Below are positions 59,140 to 64,000 of a DNA stretch of 64,000 bases, one piece after another. The notes under the pieces were generated by a model. That model saw nothing but the letters and a program-made list of their open reading frames with translations, was not told the origin of the DNA and ran no database searches. The translations under genes and the position numbers were made by a program. How positions within the stretch are numbered: the stretch's first letter is position 1; each line of letters opens with the position of its first letter. The DNA lies in contig CM059433.1 in NCBI GenBank assembly GCA_030390025.1, positions 17,114,001 through 17,178,000 of the forward strand. Direction: 5' to 3'. Source of the stretch: Squalus acanthias. Taxonomy: Eukaryota.

Positions 59140-61818
59140 TAGCCAAAAGATTCACCATCCCTGGGTATGTCCTATCCCACCAGCAGGACAGACCCAGCAG
59201 AGGTGGTGGCACAGTGATATACAGTCAGGAGGGAGGGAGGGAGTCCTCAAACATTGACACTGGACCTCATGAAGTCTCAGGGCTTCAGGTCAAGCATGGG
59301 CAAGGAAACCTCCTGCTGATTACCACCGACCGCCCTCCCACAGCTGATGAATCAGTACTCCTCTGTGTTGAACATGGAACTCGGAAGAAGCACTGAGGGT
59401 AGCAAGGGCACAGAAAGTATTCTGGGTGGGGGACTTCAATGTCCATCACCAAGAGTGACTCGGTAGCACCACTACTGACCGAGCTGGCTGAGTCCTGAAG
59501 GACATTGCTGCAGGCCCAGTCTGGCAGCTGGTAGTGAGAGAACCAACACGAGGGAAAAACCTACTTGACCTCGTCCTCACCAATCTACCTGTCGCAGATG
59601 CATCTGTCCATGACAGCATTGGTTGCAGTGAACACCGCACAGTCATTGTGGAGATGAAGTCCCGTCTTCACACTGAGGACACCCTCCATTGTGTTGTGTG
59701 GCACTACCACTGAGCTAAATGGGATAGATTCAGAACAGATCTAGAATCTCAAAACTGCACATCCATGAGGCGCTGTGGGCCATCAGCAGCAGCAGAATTG
59801 TATTCCACCACAATCTGTAACCTCATGGCCCGGCATATCCCTCACTCTACCATTACCATCAAGCCAAGTGACCAACCCTGGTTTAATAAGGAGTGTAGAA
59901 GAGCATGCCAGGAGCAGCACTGGGTGTACCTAAAAATGCGGTGCCAACCTGGAGAAGCTGCAACGCAGGTCTATATACATGCTAAACAGCGGAAGCGTCA
60001 TACTATAGACAGAGCTAATCGATCCCACAATCAACAGATCAGATCAAAGCTCTGCAGTTCTACCACATCCAGTCATGAATGGTGGTGGACAATTAAACAA
60101 CTAATGGGAGGAGGAGGTTCCATGAACATCCCCATCCTCAATGATGACGAAGCATTTGCAACCATTTTCAGCCACAAGTGCCGAGTGGATGATCCATCTC
60201 GGCCTCCTTCTGAGTGCCCACCACTACAGAAGCCGGTCTTCAGGCAATTCGATTCACTCCACATGATGGCACTGGATACAGCAAAGGCTATGGGCCCTGA
60301 CAATATCCTGGCTGTCGTGCTGAAGACTTGTTCTCTAGAACTAGCTGCACCTCTAGCCAAGCTGTTCCAGTATAGCTCTAACACAGGCATCTAGCCGACA
60401 ATGTGGAAAACTGCCCAGGTATGTCCTGTCCACAAAAATCAGGACAAATCCAATCTGGTCAATTACCGCCCCATCAGTCTACTCTCAATCATCAGCAAAG
60501 TGATGGAAGGTATTGTCGACAGTGCTATCAAGCACCACTTACTCACCAATAACCTGCTCACCAATGCTCAGTTTGGGTTCCACCAGGACCATTCGGCTCC
60601 AGACCTCATTACAGCCTTGGTCCAAACATGGACAAAAGAGCTGAATTCCAGAAGTGAGGTGAGAGTGACTGCCCTTGACATCAAGGCAGCATTTGACCGA
60701 GTGTGGTACCAATGAGCCCGAGTAAAAGTGAAGTCAATGGGAATCGAGGGGAAAACTCTCCACTGGCTGGAGTCTAGCACAAAGGTTATTGGAGGTCAAT
60801 CATCTCAGCCCCAGGTCATTGCTGCAGGAGTTCCTCAGGGCAGTGTCCTAGGCCCAACCATCTTCAGCTGCTTCATCAATGACCATCCCTCATCATAAGG
60901 TCAGAAGTGGGGATGTTCGCTGATGATTGCACAGTGTTCAGTTCCATTCGCAACTCCTCAGATAATGAAGCAGTCCATGCCCGCATGCAGCGAGACCTGG
61001 ACGACATTCAGGCTTGGGCTAATAAGTGGCAAGTAACATTCGCGCCACACAAATGCCAGGCAATGACTATCTTCAACAAGCGAGAGTCCAACCACCTCCC
61101 CATGACATTCAACGGCAACCATCACCAAATCCCCCACCATCAACATCCTGGGTGTCACCATTGACCAGAAACTTAAGTGGACCAGCCACATAAATACTGT
61201 GGCTACAAGAGCAGGTCAGAGGCTGGGTATTCTGCGGCGAGTGTCTCACCTCCTGACTCCCCAAAGCCTTTCCACCATCTGCAAGGCACAAGTCAGGAGT
61301 GTGATGGAATATTCTCCACTTGCCTGGATGAGTGCAGCTCCAACAACACTCAAGAAGCTCGACACCATCCAGGACAAAGCAACCTGCTTGATTGGCACCC
61401 CAACGACCACCTTAAGCATTCACTCCTTCCACCACCGGCGTACCATGGCTGCAGTGTGTACCCTCTACAAGATGCACTGCAGCAACTCGCCAAGGCTTCT
61501 TCAACAGCACCTCCCAAACCTGCGACTTCTACCACCTAGAAGGACAAGGGCAGCAGACGCATGGGAACACCATCACCTCTGAGTTTCCCTCCAAGTTACC
61601 CACCATCCTGACTTGGAAGTATATCGCCGATCCTTCATCGTCGCTGGGTCAAAATCCTGGAACTCCCTCCCTAACAGCACTGTGGGAGCACCTTCACCAC
61701 ACGAACTTCAGCGGTTCAAGTAGGCAGCTCACCACCACCTTCTCAAGGGCAATTAGGGATGGCCAATAATTGCTGGCCTTGCCAGTGACGCCCACATCCC
61801 GGAACGAATAAAAAAAAA
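59140..61818 (+). mobile_element. APE-type LINE of a different CR1-group family, decayed ORF2
   Basis: TIPGYV...RGGGT, GDFNVHH, KAMGPDNI, NYRPISLLS, ALDIKAAFDRVW, GVPQGSVLGP, MFADD; ends in AATAAAAAAAAA. Confidence 0.9.
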
Positions 61819-62062
61819 CTTTGCTTTACAAGTGGAGGCATCAAAAACTATGTGTTGTTTACATTCAACATGTTTGAGATAAAATGCATGAAAAGCTCGA
61901 TATGTCCCTAACCAAATTGGTAGTTTGGCACTCCGTCTACACTGAACTCTGGAGAAAAAAGCTGTTGTAGTGGATGTTGAATAGGTTGACTATTGGGTTT
62001 TAAAATGGTAAGTGTTCATGTTAAGCGATATCAAAACACAAATCAATGTTGTTCACGTAATG

Positions 62063-62466
62063 GAAAGAAAGAAAGAGCTTGCATTGGTATCGCACCTTTC
62101 ATGTCCCTAGGACTTCTCAAAGCGCTTCACAACCAATGAAGTACTTGTGAGGTTTAGTTACTGTTGTAGTGTAGCCAAGCATGGAAGCCAATTTATGGAC
62201 AGCAAGGTTCTACAAACAGTAATGAGATAATTGACCAAATAATCTGTTTTTAATGTTGTTGGTTGAAAGATAAATGTTGGCCAGGACAACAGGAGAGATC
62301 CCCATGAGATCTTTTACATCCAACTGAAAGGACAAACGAGGCCTCAGTTAAACATCTCGCCTCAAAGACGGTACCTTCAACAGTGCAGCACTTCCTTTGT
62401 GCCAGCCTAGATTATGTGCTTAAATCTTTGAAATGGGGCTTGAACTCACAGCCTTCTGACTCAGGC
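62063..62466 (-). mobile_element. Deu-domain SINE, older copy
   Basis: Reverse complement is colinear with 56563-57027, including the B-box region and tail. Confidence 0.8.
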
Positions 62467-63154
62467 AAGCGTTTGACTTTACTAATGTTTGCCTTTAATG
62501 ATATTAATTGACTTTTTATTTAATAATCATTATTGTTGTGTTGAAGAATGATATGTTATCGTGTCGGGACTTCAGTAATCTCTCCCAACATACAGTTCTG
62601 GATCCAGAGGAAGTTTACATTAAGAATGGAGATTCTCTCTTTGCTAACATCTAATTAATATATTTGAGGTTTAATGAAGTATGATTAAACTATGACCTTG
62701 ATAAAATCAATATTCTCTGTTCTTTGAAAGCCAAGCTCAGCTAGCTTGATTATATTCTTTGCAGATCAGTATATTTGATGCACTACTTGGCATTGAATTA
62801 ATTGGTATGGATTTATTTTGTGCATCTCCTAATTAGTTATGTATGTTAAAAACTGTCTCTCAAATACTTACTGGTACCAAAAGACCATTATCTCCTTCAG
62901 CAACTCGTTCAAGCAGTGTTGTGAGTCCAGCAAATGTGTTGATAAATATTAAACCGTGTTGATTGTTTTCTCCCTTCCCTGAGTTAGGCCACAAGGGTCT
63001 CGAGGCTTTGCACTCGGAAGACGGCAGACAATGATAAAATAAAACTAGGCTCTTCCTGGGGTCCAATAGATCTCACCAGCACTTTAATCCATTAGCTTAT
63101 TTTGGAGTGTTGTAGAACCTTGTGTAGGTGTGAATGGTAGGTGCTTGTTATCAT

Positions 63155-63510
63155 GGCCCAGATTTTGCGGTAAGAATAATGGTGGGGCTATCAGCGTTCA
63201 CTGTTATTGAGGAGTAATTCGAGCAGCAACTTCCAGCGTCCGCACATGCTTCACTACACCAGTATCTCGACGAGAGACTCAGCATTTTAAACACATGAAG
63301 GGCGTGAAGTTGCAGTACTTACCTATTAGGTACCCACTAAACCACGGCAGAAAAAGTTTGGGCTTATCCATTCAAGTGTAAGTGAATTTTTAATGGCATG
63401 ATGAGTCTTAATTACTACAAACAACCTCTCTGGCACAGAAAATTTACTTTTACAAGTGTGGAGTCTCATTCCTTCAGATTTTAATTATTGTTGGAGATTT
63501 TTTTTAATGT
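63155..63510. mobile_element. Partial MITE related to 3691-5440, inverted
   Basis: Starts GGCCCAGATTTTGCGG. 63420-63500 is the reverse complement of ~5040-5130 (GGAATGAGACTCCA-ACTTGTAA...GAGAGGTTG). Confidence 0.7.
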
Positions 63511-64000
63511 TTTTATTATTAGGCAATCCTACCTAACCCCTGTGACTACCTAAGCTCTTGGATTGAGGGAACCCTAACCTTTACTTCTCCTCACCACTCA
63601 TAAACACATACTGTGTAAGATATCAGCTGTTTCTCCATGTCATTAAAGGCTCACACTTATAGTGTGAAGACTCTTAATGAAGTTTAACACAGATGAAGAA
63701 TCAGAGGTGGATTCTGACATTGAGTGGCAGGGATGTTTCACAGAAAAGGGACTCGACAGATTGTAGAGACTTTAACCATTGCCAAAATTGGCAAGCTAGG
63801 AAACAGCAGAATAGATTTGTTGTTGCTCTCGATGTAGACATCAAAATCTCTTCTGCTGAAGAAACTAGGCATCTGTACAAACTGCTTGAGGCTGATTCCT
63901 AGCAGTTGAATGATATGGGTGTGAAGCTAGGATCCTTGCTGATATCTATATGTCTCCTTGTACCATGCATATGTTGATATTATTTGAGTAAAACTACAGG

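Noticed and set aside
62860..63066. Short minus-strand ORF ending near a GTAAGT donor
   Set aside because: No recognisable homology and no clear acceptor.

Overview
Repeat-dominated eukaryotic DNA. The repeat families (CR1 LINEs, Deu-domain tRNA SINEs, L2) point to a cartilaginous fish; this is an inference. No intact host gene is recognisable. The main structure is a ~20 kb, six-level nest at ~34.3-54.2 kb: an old CR1 contains an ORF1+tail CR1 derivative, which contains a two-gene PIF/Harbinger transposon, which contains a retrovirus-like provirus, which contains a second-family solo LTR, which contains a young CR1. The provirus (38223-48915, minus strand) has ~0.82 kb LTRs, a CAGC target duplication, a tRNA-Leu PBS, a PPT, gag with a CCHC knuckle, a DSG protease, a retroviral-type RT N-terminus and a decayed envelope-like glycoprotein. 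It is tentatively lokiretrovirus-like. Elsewhere are a 5'-complete, 3'-truncated USP37 processed pseudogene, a 108-bp Penelope-type insertion with a degenerate hammerhead core, two more Harbinger relics, several MITEs, a Gypsy pol relic, many CR1/L2 fragments and SINEs, and a ~6 kb repeat-poor stretch. All family assignments are by eye from motifs, with no database search. Boundaries without a stated TSD or TIR are approximate.
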